From a virus (Duplodnaviria; Caudoviricetes), in IMG/VR virus record IMGVR_UViG_3300031229_000003, positions 3,415 to 67,414 of that record: 64,000 bases of DNA; one strand, 5' to 3'. Both the position numbers and the translations under genes were made by a program. The notes under the pieces were generated by a model. The model was not told where the DNA came from, made no database searches, and saw only the letters and a program-made list of their open reading frames with translations. Below are positions 35,001 through 43,372 of this stretch, piece by piece. How positions within the stretch are numbered: the stretch's first letter is position 1; every line of letters begins with the position of its first letter.

Positions 35001-38000
35001 CGCGGCCGAGGTCGATCTCGGCGTCGTAGAGCAGGGCCCGGCCACGAAGGTTGTGGATGCCGAACTCGATTCGGCGCCGCTCGATCTGCTTGTCGGCCTC
35101 GAGCAGGGCGAGCCGGCCCCGGAGCGTCGCGAGGCGCAGGGCCTTCTCGGCGTTCCAGATCCGCCCCTGGGCCTGCTGGATCTCGCGCTGCTCCTCGATC
35201 GACGGCTCCTCGCCGGTGATCGCCCGGCGGGCGTCGCGGAAGCGTTCGACCTCCTCGAGCGCAGTCTGGTGCAGGCCGAAGGCGAGCTGCTCGAGGTCGT
35301 CGGCGAGCAGCCGGAGCAGCTCGTCCCAGACGACGTCCATCGAGCGACCGATCTCACGGATCCGCTGTTCGGCGTCGGAGCGTCCGAAGCCCTCGACCAT
35401 CCGGCCGAGCTCGATCTCGGCCTTCAACTGCTCGCGCGTCAGGGCCCGCGAGCCGCGGATGACGGCCTGGACGAAGTCCGAGACGCTGTCGCCGAACTCG
35501 GCACCGCGGATCGCCAGGGTGGCGATCGCCTCCTCGAGCTCCTCGGCCGACGCGCCGCGCAGAACGGCCGCCGCGGGTCCGGAGCGGACGGTGTAGACGC
35601 CGGCCGTCTTGTCGACCACGGTGTCGGCGAACCTCGTGATCTCGAGGTCGGTTTGCTTGAGGAAGTCGTTGAGGAGTTCGAACGCCTCCCGGATGTGCCG
35701 GATGGCGAGCTTGGCGTTTTCGCCGACCGCCTCGGTGATCGCGAGCGAGCCCGGCTCGCCGCCGAAGGTCGCCCGCCCGGTGGCCGGGTCCTTCGACCCC
35801 CACCAGCCGAGCGAGTAGCCGATCGCGCCCACGATCCCGACGACGACGGCCGCGTAGCCGAGCGCGGCCCAAGACACCCCGCCGCTGCCGCCGACGACGC
35901 CGCCCGTCACGCCGCCCGTCGTGCCGCCGGTCTGGAGCGCGGCACCCGCGGCCGTGGCCGCCTCGATCAGGATGCCGCCGGACTGCGTCACCGACACCAC
36001 CCACCCCGAGCCCGCGGTCTGCGCGCCGGTGACCATTGCGGCCGCGGAGGCGGCGCCCGCCGAGCTGAATTCACCCGAGACGATCGCGCCGGCGACCGCC
36101 GTCGTCTGCGAGGCGATGTCCGCCCCCGAGACGAGAGCCGAGCCGGCGCTCTTCGCGCCGCCGACGAAGAGGTTCGCCGTCGTGTCGCCGGCCGACGTCA
36201 GCGCCTTCGCCGCGTCGGCGATGGCCCCGGTCAGCGCGGCCGAGCCCGCGTCGACGACGATGCCGGAGGCGTCGCTTCGACCCTGTGGGCGGCCGAGCGC
36301 CATCGACTCCCACAGGGTCTTGCCCCCAGAGATCGTCCAGTAGGCGAGCCAGTCGGCGACGAAGCTGCGGGCGAGGTCGAGGACGCGGTCGAAGAAGTCC
36401 TCGAAGCTCTCGAGGCCGTCCTCGAGCGCGGCGTTGAAGGCGCCGGCGAGGTCGCGCTGCATCGACTCGATCATCGTCGACCAGGCCTGCTGGGCGGTCT
36501 TGAGCGCGTCGAGGACCTGCTCGTCCTGCCGCGCGAGCTGGCTGCGCACGGCGAGAAGGATCTGAGCCTCCGCGGTCATCGCCGCGAACTGCTCGTTCGT
36601 CTCGGCCAGCGCCCGCTGGTAGTCGTCCTCGCTCTTCCAGGCCCGGCTCTTGAGCGCCACCTCGGCGGCGATCCGCTGGTTCTCGATCTCCAGGAGCCGG
36701 GCCCGGAGCTCCTTCGCCTCGTTGCCGCGCTCGATTGCCCGCTGGTAGGCCTCCTCGGTCGCGAAGTCCTCGCGGCGGATCTGCGCCAGGACCCGCATCT
36801 CCTCGACCTGGCGGCGGATCGCGTCGACGCTCTGCTGGGCGGCGACGACCGCCCGCAGGCGGCTCTCGGTGGCGATGCGCTCCTCGAGCGCCAGGCGTTC
36901 GGTGTCGATCGCGCTCGCGGCCTCCTGGTGCAAGCGGTTGGCGATCGCCTGCTCGGCCTGGAGCCGGACGACCTCCTCGCGACCGCGCGTCCAGGCCTCG
37001 GCGAGAGCGTTGACCTGCGCCGCGGCGCGGTCGAGCCCAGCCTTGCGCTCGTCGAACTCGAAGGCCGCCTGTCCCTCGAGCCATTGGCGGACGAGCCGCT
37101 CGATCGCGGCCCGGTTCTCCTCCGCGGTGCCGGTCTGCTTCTCGAGGATGAGCTCGAGCGCGGCGTTTTCCCGGCGCGCGGCCTCGAGCGCGCCGAGGCC
37201 ATCGCCGCGGGCCTGCGTCAAGCGCTCCTGCGCCGCGACGAGCTCGCTCAGGACGGCGATCGCCTCGGCGCCGCGGGTCTTTCGCGCCTCCTCGTCGAGC
37301 AGGCGGATCCGCTCCCTCAGCCGGACGGCGTCTTCGGCCAGGAGGTCCTTCGTCGCCGAGCGCGCCGCGGCCTCGGCCTCCGCGGCCTCGACGGCCTCCT
37401 GCCCGGCCAGGACCCCAAGCTCGTACGCGGCCGTGGCGGCCCGCTGGGCGGCGATCTGGAGCTCGATCTCGCGGTTGAGCTCGACGTACTTCTCCCGCTT
37501 CTTTCGGACCTCCTCGGTTTCGAGCTCGCTCTTGCGGCGGGCATCCTCCTGACTCTTCGCGTAGTCGTCGAGCCGCTGGCGCGCCTCGCGGTAGAGCCCG
37601 ACGATGTCCTCGAGCGGCTCGGTCGGGAAGATCCGCTCGTAGATGTCGGTCGGCAGCGAGCGCAGGAGGTCCTCCCAGGCCTCCATGTCGCCGCGGCGGA
37701 AGAGCTCGCCGAGCCGGTTCTGCACGCCGGGCACAACCTGGCGCGCGATCCGCTCCTCGGTGCCAGCGAGCTCGCGTCGGGCCCGCGCCGCGTCCGACGC
37801 GAGCTGGCGGACCTCGCCCTGGAGCCTACGCAGCGCCCGAAAGAAGATCTCCCCCTCGCCGCCGGCCGCCATCATGTTGGCGATCGCGACCTGGGCCGAG
37901 GCCGCCTGGGCCTCGAGGTCCGCCAGCGCGGCCCGCTGCTCGAGCCGCAGCGTGACCTCGGCCCGCAGCGTCCCTTCGGCGTCGGCCTGCATCGCCTGAT

Positions 38001-39927
38001 AGACGGAGCGGATCGAGGCTCCCGACTCCTCGATACCGCGGGCCGTGCGGGCAGCGTCCGTCTCGAGCGCCCGGACCTCGAGGCGGACCCGCTGGAGCAC
38101 GGCGCCTTCCTGGAGGCTTTGGAAGGCGATCCCGAGCCGCTCGGCCTCGACCACCGCCTCGCGGTACGCCGCGACGTCGCCCGCGTCGAGCGCCGCTTCC
38201 ATCGCCTCGAGGACCGGCCGCAGCGCGGCCAGCTTCTCCTCGGCAGCGGCGCCGGTCGAGGCGAGCTCGCGCCGGACGCGAAGCTCGGCCTCGAGCCGGT
38301 CGACGAGCTCGGCGTGCGCGCGGACCTCGGCCTCGATTTCCGGGGTGCCGTAGCGCAGGCGGTCGTAGTAGCGATCAGCAGCCTGCTCCGCGTCTTCGTG
38401 ACGGCTCTTCGCCAGCACCAGAGCGCCGACGAGGGCTCCGAGGACCAGGGCGACGAGGCCGATCGGGTTCGTCGCCATGACCGCGGTCAACCGGGTCCAG
38501 GCGAGCGAGAGCTCCGCGGTCGCGACGGTCGCGAGGCCTTCGGCGGCCGCCAGCGCGACGAAGGCCTTCGCGTAGGCCAGGGCGCCGGCGATGAGGGGTC
38601 CGAACTTGAGCACCGCGAACGCCGCGACGAGCCCGAAGAGGCCGGCCTTGACGAGGTCGACGTGGCGCATCAGGAACAAGAAGATCTCGACGACGGCGAC
38701 GAGGGCCTGACCGACCGAGCGCCCGAACGAGCGCGCCTCGTCCTGGCCGGTGCGGAAGAACGCGGTGAGCTCGAGCGCGGCCTCGCGCAGCGCCGGGTTC
38801 ATTCCCTGGCCGAACTCGATCTTGAGCGACTCGATCGTCGACTCGAGCTCGTCGGCGGCGCCGACCAGGGTGTCCATCATGGTGGCCGCCATCCGGTCGG
38901 CCGCCCCCTCGCTGTCCTCGAGCAGGGCGTTGAGCTCGCGGAGCCGATCGGCCTTCGAGGTCAGGGCCAGGATCGCCGGCCCACCGCGGTCCTGGAAGAT
39001 CGACATCGCCGCGGCGGCGTCGAGCCCGGCGTCGGCGAGGCGCTGGATGATGTCGCTGAGGAGGTTCGTCTCGGGGTTGACCTCGGCGGCGGTCAGGCCG
39101 AGCCTGGCGAGCTCCTTCTGCGCTTCCGCCGTCGGGTCGGCGAGTTCGGAGAGGATGCGCCGCAGGCTCGTGCCGGCCATCGAGCCCTGGATGCCGGCGT
39201 CCGAGAGGACGCCGATCGCAGCGGCGGCCATCTCGATCTCGATACCCAGCGCCGCGGCCAGCGGCGCGACGTAGGACATGCCCTCGCCCATCATCGCCAC
39301 GTCGGTGTTGGCGTTCGCGGCGGCGGCGGCCAGGACGTCGGCGACCCGGTTCGACTCGCCGGCCTCGAGGTTGAACCCGCGGATCGCCTGGGCGGCGATG
39401 TTCGAGGCCTCGGCGAGACCGAGCTTGCCCGCCGCGGCGAGGTCGAGAAGCCCCGGCATCGCGCCGACGATCTCGGAGGCGCGGAACCCGGCGCGGCCCA
39501 GGTAGTCCATCGCCGAGCCGGCCTCCGAGGCACTGAAGATCGTCGCTTCGCCGAGGCGCTTCGCCTCCGCGGTCATCGAGGTCATCTCGTCCTTGGTGGC
39601 ACGGGTGACGGCCTGGACCGACGACATCGTGAACTCGAACTGACTCCAGATGCGGATCGCCCCGGCGACCTGGCGCGCGGCGGTGACGATGCCGAGATAG
39701 GCGCCGCCGAGCGCGACGAGCTGGCGCAGTTGACCGAGAAGGGCGCGGTCGACGCTCGCGGCCGCGTTCGCCAGGCCGCGGTTCGCGGTCGACAGCCGGC
39801 GGGTCTTGCCCTCCGTCGTGACCGCCTGGTCACCTACCCGTCCGAGGTGTCGATCGAGCCGGAGGAGCTGGGCGTCCGCCCCCCCGGCCTCGATCTCAAT
39901 GAGCAGCGTGTCGATGATCGTGCTCAA
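32077..39927 (-). CDS. tail tape measure protein (TP901-type core), 2616 aa
   Basis: AKRLGEATIFSASEAGSAMDYLGRAGF...GIQGSMAGTSLR; long coiled coils; C-terminal ALLHAGEVVL. Confidence 0.95.
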   Translation of the reverse strand: MSTIIDTLLIEIEAGGADAQLLRLDRHLGRVGDQAVTTEGKTRRLSTANRGLANAAASVDRALLGQLRQLVALGGAYLGIVTAARQVAGAIRIWSQFEFTMSSVQAVTRATKDEMTSMTAEAKRLGEATIFSASEAGSAMDYLGRAGFRASEIVGAMPGLLDLAAAGKLGLAEASNIAAQAIRGFNLEAGESNRVADVLAAAAANANTDVAMMGEGMSYVAPLAAALGIEIEMAAAAIGVLSDAGIQGSMAGTSLRRILSELADPTAEAQKELARLGLTAAEVNPETNLLSDIIQRLADAGLDAAAAMSIFQDRGGPAILALTSKADRLRELNALLEDSEGAADRMAATMMDTLVGAADELESTIESLKIEFGQGMNPALREAALELTAFFRTGQDEARSFGRSVGQALVAVVEIFLFLMRHVDLVKAGLFGLVAAFAVLKFGPLIAGALAYAKAFVALAAAEGLATVATAELSLAWTRLTAVMATNPIGLVALVLGALVGALVLAKSRHEDAEQAADRYYDRLRYGTPEIEAEVRAHAELVDRLEAELRVRRELASTGAAAEEKLAALRPVLEAMEAALDAGDVAAYREAVVEAERLGIAFQSLQEGAVLQRVRLEVRALETDAARTARGIEESGASIRSVYQAMQADAEGTLRAEVTLRLEQRAALADLEAQAASAQVAIANMMAAGGEGEIFFRALRRLQGEVRQLASDAARARRELAGTEERIARQVVPGVQNRLGELFRRGDMEAWEDLLRSLPTDIYERIFPTEPLEDIVGLYREARQRLDDYAKSQEDARRKSELETEEVRKKREKYVELNREIELQIAAQRAATAAYELGVLAGQEAVEAAEAEAAARSATKDLLAEDAVRLRERIRLLDEEARKTRGAEAIAVLSELVAAQERLTQARGDGLGALEAARRENAALELILEKQTGTAEENRAAIERLVRQWLEGQAAFEFDERKAGLDRAAAQVNALAEAWTRGREEVVRLQAEQAIANRLHQEAASAIDTERLALEERIATESRLRAVVAAQQSVDAIRRQVEEMRVLAQIRREDFATEEAYQRAIERGNEAKELRARLLEIENQRIAAEVALKSRAWKSEDDYQRALAETNEQFAAMTAEAQILLAVRSQLARQDEQVLDALKTAQQAWSTMIESMQRDLAGAFNAALEDGLESFEDFFDRVLDLARSFVADWLAYWTISGGKTLWESMALGRPQGRSDASGIVVDAGSAALTGAIADAAKALTSAGDTTANLFVGGAKSAGSALVSGADIASQTTAVAGAIVSGEFSSAGAASAAAMVTGAQTAGSGWVVSVTQSGGILIEAATAAGAALQTGGTTGGVTGGVVGGSGGVSWAALGYAAVVVGIVGAIGYSLGWWGSKDPATGRATFGGEPGSLAITEAVGENAKLAIRHIREAFELLNDFLKQTDLEITRFADTVVDKTAGVYTVRSGPAAAVLRGASAEELEEAIATLAIRGAEFGDSVSDFVQAVIRGSRALTREQLKAEIELGRMVEGFGRSDAEQRIREIGRSMDVVWDELLRLLADDLEQLAFGLHQTALEEVERFRDARRAITGEEPSIEEQREIQQAQGRIWNAEKALRLATLRGRLALLEADKQIERRRIEFGIHNLRGRALLYDAEIDLGREAMIGLATVVEAGGTILDVQIDALRNLISSLEGLPDIDLSTLRLLGAGRGAQRAEERERIRRELDELRLAAAGVADGALALRRDLLAFHDWIDEARRLGFAEEELAQARRDNLAVLEREFAVRYRAPLGGELGGQAFELVDEYRAAWQEAIEIAREAAAVHGTTFADELARIGGPVAEALGRELEALLVGGLADLIAAGDVAGLRGFLEVLTALAEMDLPPELAAIVDGLDEMAAAVLAAIATIEQAFGGMTFTEGLDVSGVQEWIDRALGLTETQASLREIALEFAAVYAQAEILGASEEELTLLRQAEALAIDDVRQSILQTIQEWTDAALGIGAHQRRLLDARATFTAARDGLADAAQAARDLGHSTQGLATQFDLLDSAEQIAIRQIGIDFVGSLEALGVSLPTEAVYEFAMAEFELARMQAISSAAALAAAGAFDTLSFSLDDLVSWILGASFESSQFAPRMAGGGTGGGGGGGSTTDPLAEARAAIRSQIRDWRDATLDPVTREVVDLTRTFNGLREALLAAGGTTADLIVLEEEFAETRQRILDQALAPLREAREAIRRGPEAKPQENFLALRSQFLAAAAAVRGGDLSRIQEVSDLAVQLRDVGAAYFGTSTGGFRNLRSTIDRELSRLIDEGIDVDLTGIDLDADRNDLLAEIRDEVVRHSGFWTETIATQDSAIDFLRSLDLPLSDVAAILASLQEHGVPLSKLEEIVTVLEGQQVPLGALPAILDAIFDNGFDLAALPQIAAIANQLRTNGIPLTQLSQIMAAFRELEIPLDNVPSLLDQLIDQGFNLDNLPWMLAALWGIEGNTRLVVDRASGTETNTGLTADRAAEIVANTQLVADRASLAIGGEILRGGLALLHAGEVVLTREQSGSLKRLIGLSSGFGPLQLQAQALPRADAIRVVLPPTSPPTPAAERARLDAEQREERLADEIARLNGRLDKLIGVLLADKSSPRRSTTVAGTRSSP

Positions 39928-40322
39928 CGTTTCCTCGGCGCTTTCGGACCTCTTGCGGCGGTCTCCGACTTCTCCCGCTGGCGCTCCATCTCCTCACGGT
40001 CGATCGCAGCGTTCTCCTGGGCGATCGCCTGGCACTTGGCGATCAAATCATCCCGGGAGGCACCGCGCTCGCCCCACGAGTCGAGGACATCCAGCACGGA
40101 GCAGTTGAGCGCCGCCGCCTCGTTGAACAAGACGACGGCGAGGTTGTTCTCCAGCCAGAGGGGCTCCTCTGGCGGGAGCTCCCCGCCGCCGAGCTCCTTC
40201 GCGATGTCAACCGGACCGCCCTCGTCGTCGTCGCGGTCCTTCAGCTCTTCGAGGCCGGTTCGCTGGCTTCGGGTGAGCCCGGACCACCATCTGGAGTACC
40301 GGACCCACCGACGAAGTTTCCC
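39924..40322 (-). CDS. tail assembly chaperone, -1 frameshift extension (G-T form)
   Basis: Open -1 frame KLRRWVRYSRWW... from the slippery site to a stop overlapping the TMP start. Confidence 0.8.
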   Translation of the reverse strand, partial: GKLRRWVRYSRWWSGLTRSQRTGLEELKDRDDDEGGPVDIAKELGGGELPPEEPLWLENNLAVVLFNEAAALNCSVLDVLDSWGERGASRDDLIAKCQAIAQENAAIDREEMERQREKSETAARGPKAPRKR

Positions 40323-40933
40323 AGCTCCTCCTCGAGGCCCTCGGCCCCCTCCTCGACCAGCAGGCGCCGGCAGTTGCCGACCTGGTTGACGAAGTCCGGG
40401 TACTTGAGCAGGCGATCGATCTGCTCGGCGCTCGCGACGAAGGCCTCCGGCGGATCCACCTGGACGGGGATCATCCAGCGCCCGTCGGTCATCAGGCGGT
40501 AGAGCTCGCGGATCTCCTTCGGCAGGCTCTTCATGCCGTAGGCCTCGGCCACGTCGGGCGGCAGCGGCCCGTCGGGGTCGTCGATGATCGGCCCGACGAG
40601 GGCGACCGCCAGAAGCGCCCCGCTTTCGCGGATCGCCGCGCGGTTGGCCCGCGGCAGGGCCGGCGCGTCGATCGTCAGCGGGTTCGTCGCGTTCTCGTTG
40701 AACCGGCGCCGCTCCGACGGCGAGAGCCCTTTCGCGTACGCCTGGGCGCCCTTGGTCCAGCCGCGCTGCCACGCCTCGCCGCCGGAGGCGACCTTCACCT
40801 TCAGCGGCAGGGACGCCGTGTCGCCGAACCGTCGACCCTCGAGCGGGAACCACCGCTCGTCGACGTCGACCTGATCGGCTTGGGCTTCGACCTTCTCGAG
40901 GTCGAAGAACGTCTTTTTGTCCTTCTCGGCCAT
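40241..40933 (-). CDS. tail assembly chaperone (G form)
   Basis: Between tail tube and TMP; GGAG RBS. Confidence 0.8.
   Translation of the reverse strand: MAEKDKKTFFDLEKVEAQADQVDVDERWFPLEGRRFGDTASLPLKVKVASGGEAWQRGWTKGAQAYAKGLSPSERRRFNENATNPLTIDAPALPRANRAAIRESGALLAVALVGPIIDDPDGPLPPDVAEAYGMKSLPKEIRELYRLMTDGRWMIPVQVDPPEAFVASAEQIDRLLKYPDFVNQVGNCRRLLVEEGAEGLEEELGNFVGGSGTPDGGPGSPEASEPASKS
40316..40322 (-). other. -1 ribosomal frameshift slippery heptamer G GGA AAC
   Basis: In-frame CTG GGA AAC near the end of the chaperone gene. Confidence 0.85.
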
Positions 40934-41080
40934 CTGACTCTCCTCGGGTTAGGTGGGCCGCGGGCGGGCAGGTCCGGCCATCCCTGCCCGTAGGCTCCGA
41001 CGCCACGCGAGGGCCGGGTGTCCCGAGGTCTCGACGGCGCCCGTGTCCCGCGGGTCCCATAGGGTTGGACCTCGGATCTT

Positions 41081-41509
41081 CTACTTCGGGCCCTCCTCGG
41101 ACTTCTCCTTCTCCTTCTCCTTCTCCTTGGCCGCGGCGGCCTCCTTGGCCTCCTTGGCCTCCTTGGCCGCGGCGGCCTCCTTGGCCTCCTTGGCCTCCTT
41201 GGCCGCGGCGGCCTCCTTGGCCTCCTTGGCCTCCTTGGCCACGGCGGCCGCCGTCTTCGGCTTGGCGGGCTCCTCGACGCCGGTGGACACGAGCACCTGC
41301 TCGAGGACGCCGGGGACGGAGAGCAGCGCCCGCCGGTTGGGGACGGTGTCGATGTAGTGGCGGTTGCCGTCGGCGCTCGAGCCGGCGACGAGCTGCGTCG
41401 CCGCGGCGTCGAGCTTGCTCTGGCCCGTGTCGAGCTGCTGACGGTAGGCCTCGGCCTTGGCGGGGTCGACCTTGAGCGAGCCGACCAGGGTGACTTCCAC
41501 TTGGTGCAT
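41081..41509 (-). CDS. hypothetical protein with (AKEAKEAKEAAA)3 tail
   Basis: GGGAGG RBS; follows the tail tube gene. Confidence 0.7.
   Translation of the reverse strand: MHQVEVTLVGSLKVDPAKAEAYRQQLDTGQSKLDAAATQLVAGSSADGNRHYIDTVPNRRALLSVPGVLEQVLVSTGVEEPAKPKTAAAVAKEAKEAKEAAAAKEAKEAKEAAAAKEAKEAKEAAAAKEKEKEKEKSEEGPK
41123..41240. repeat. in-frame 36-bp tandem repeat x3 plus partial copy
   Basis: Unit ctccttggccgcggcggcctccttggcctccttggc. Confidence 0.9.
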
Positions 41510-41588
41510 CAGCGCTTCCTCCCTCGGTTGCGGGAGACGGTTCGGGACCGTCCTCCCCGGTTGAACGTCTTCGCGCCGCCTTCGTCGC

Positions 41589-42824
41589 CTACAGGGTCAG
41601 CGGGACGCCGGTGAACCGCGTCGTGCAGGCCTGGAGGCCGTAGGTCGCGCTCTTGGCCGTCTCCCACGGCGTCGGGACCTCGAGGATCGAGTCCTGGCCG
41701 CCCCCCTCGTGGCCCGCGTCGACGTACTGGAGCAGCGGGAACCAGTAGTGGACGGCCCGGGTGACGCCTCCGTCGGTGCGCTGCAGCGCGTACCAGATCG
41801 ACGAGTCGACCTGGTCGTGGGCCTTGTCCTCGATCGCGCCCGCGGCGTCGTTCTTGAACCAGTTGAACGTCCCCGAGAGCTGCTGGCGGATCTTCGTGTG
41901 GGCGTAGGGGCCGTCGACGCCGGCCGGATCGACGACCGCCGCACCGAAGTTGTAGGTCCAGTTGATCGCGCGGACCAGGAGGTCGCTGACGATCGCGCCG
42001 CCCTCGCGCAGGTGCTTGAGGTGGCCGCCGAAGTTGTACGGCTGGGTCGTCGGCGCGGCCACCTCGGTCCCGGTGCCGAAGGTCGCCGTCGCGCGGTCGG
42101 CGTTGAGCCCCATCATCTCGATCGCCCAGGTCGGGTCCGAGCCCTTCTGGCCGTTGAACTGGAGGCTCGTCGCGAACATCCCGAACCCGGCGTGGAAGTG
42201 GCCGATCCCCTTCTTGACCCGCTCGACCATCGCGAAGATGTCGAGCGTGCCGTTCTTGAGGACCCCGGAGTGCATCACCTGCACGTTGTCGCCCTCGGCG
42301 ACGTCGGTCAGCGTGATGCCGTTGTTCGCGTCGGTCGCGAGCACGAGCTCGGCGCCGGCGGCGAGGACCTCCGTGGCGAGCACCGGCTGGCCGGGGATCG
42401 CGTCGGCGCCGGCGCGGCAGAGCCACACCGGGCACGGCACCTGCGCCGACAGGCCGGCGAACGGCGTCCCGGCCGAGGCGACGAGCTTGTTGCCGACCGC
42501 GACCGACGCGATGGTGGCGAGCACGGTCGTGTCGAACGCCGCCAGCCAGCGCTCGGCGAAGACCTGCTCGAAGACGGGGTCGTAGATGCCGTAGCGGCAG
42601 ACGTTCTGGAAGCTGAACGGCACGGTGAAGTTTCTGGCGACGTTGCCCTGGACCGTGAGGTCCGAGGTCACCTCGTCGGTGGGTCCCCGCGAGTAGGGCT
42701 TGTGGGGGCCGGTCGGGTTCCCCGAGTGGGGCAGGACGAGCATGTCCGTGGCGGTGGTCGTGGCCTGCTCGGCCGTCTCGATCCACCGCAGTTCCTCGCG
42801 AGCCCCGGAGTCGAAGTCGGGCAT
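41589..42824 (-). CDS. major tail tube protein
   Basis: 411 aa, beta-rich, between tail terminator and chaperones. Confidence 0.8.
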   Translation of the reverse strand: MPDFDSGAREELRWIETAEQATTTATDMLVLPHSGNPTGPHKPYSRGPTDEVTSDLTVQGNVARNFTVPFSFQNVCRYGIYDPVFEQVFAERWLAAFDTTVLATIASVAVGNKLVASAGTPFAGLSAQVPCPVWLCRAGADAIPGQPVLATEVLAAGAELVLATDANNGITLTDVAEGDNVQVMHSGVLKNGTLDIFAMVERVKKGIGHFHAGFGMFATSLQFNGQKGSDPTWAIEMMGLNADRATATFGTGTEVAAPTTQPYNFGGHLKHLREGGAIVSDLLVRAINWTYNFGAAVVDPAGVDGPYAHTKIRQQLSGTFNWFKNDAAGAIEDKAHDQVDSSIWYALQRTDGGVTRAVHYWFPLLQYVDAGHEGGGQDSILEVPTPWETAKSATYGLQACTTRFTGVPLTL

Positions 42825-42836
42825 CAGCGTTCTCCT

Positions 42837-43268
42837 TTACGCGGCGGCGACGATCTCCCTCCGGACGAACGGGAAGGAGGCGACCGCCAACCAATGGGAC
42901 CCGTCCGCACGACCGTCGCGCAGATGCGGGGCTTCCTCGAACTCCAAGCCGTCCGCGCCGGTACGAAAGGCCGGGCGGACGGCATCGAACAAGGCGACGA
43001 GCGTGTCGTCGCCGACCTGTAGCGGTGCAAGAAAGTCCTGGTAGATGATGCCCTGGTTCTCCTCCGGCGCGGTCTCGGTGGCGCCGACGCGGCGGGCTCC
43101 GACGTGGCGGAAGTAGGCGCGCTGGTAGGTCGTCTCGGGATCGAGCCGGACGCTCTTGCGGTTGGCGCCGGCGATGATGAGCTCGATCGTCGGCTCGACG
43201 GCCTTGGCGAGCGCGAACGCGTCGTCGAAGCGGGCACGGATTGCGGTCCACATGGCTTCGGTCGTCAT
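42837..43268 (-). CDS. tail terminator/completion protein
   Basis: MTTEAMWTAIRARF...GIIYQDFLAP..GDD; position before the tube gene. Confidence 0.7.
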   Translation of the reverse strand: MTTEAMWTAIRARFDDAFALAKAVEPTIELIIAGANRKSVRLDPETTYQRAYFRHVGARRVGATETAPEENQGIIYQDFLAPLQVGDDTLVALFDAVRPAFRTGADGLEFEEAPHLRDGRADGSHWLAVASFPFVRREIVAAA

Positions 43269-43372
43269 CCGCCGACCTTTCCGAGGTGGCAGCGCGCCGC
43301 CCAAGCGAGCGCGAAAAACCCAGCGAGCAGCAGCCAGAGCCACCAGAGCGGACGGTCTGCGTGAGCGCTCAT
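43265..43372 (-). CDS. 35-aa single-pass membrane peptide
   Basis: ATGA overlaps at both ends; LWWLWLLLAGFFALAW. Confidence 0.55.
   Translation of the reverse strand: MSAHADRPLWWLWLLLAGFFALAWAARCHLGKVGG

Noticed and set aside
35053-40389. 1778-aa plus-strand ORF and other long plus-strand ORFs (e.g. 32995-34878, 29717-31615, 21313-22602)
   Set aside because: Antisense shadows of real minus-strand genes in high-GC DNA; no motifs, and composition mirrors the opposite strand
41123-41240. Tandem repeats here and at 47461-47554 as possible CRISPR arrays
   Set aside because: No unique spacers, in-frame coding repeats, and no cas genes
41589-42824. Contractile tail sheath or tailocin/CIS interpretation
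   Set aside because: No sheath or baseplate wedge genes; a full head and packaging module is present
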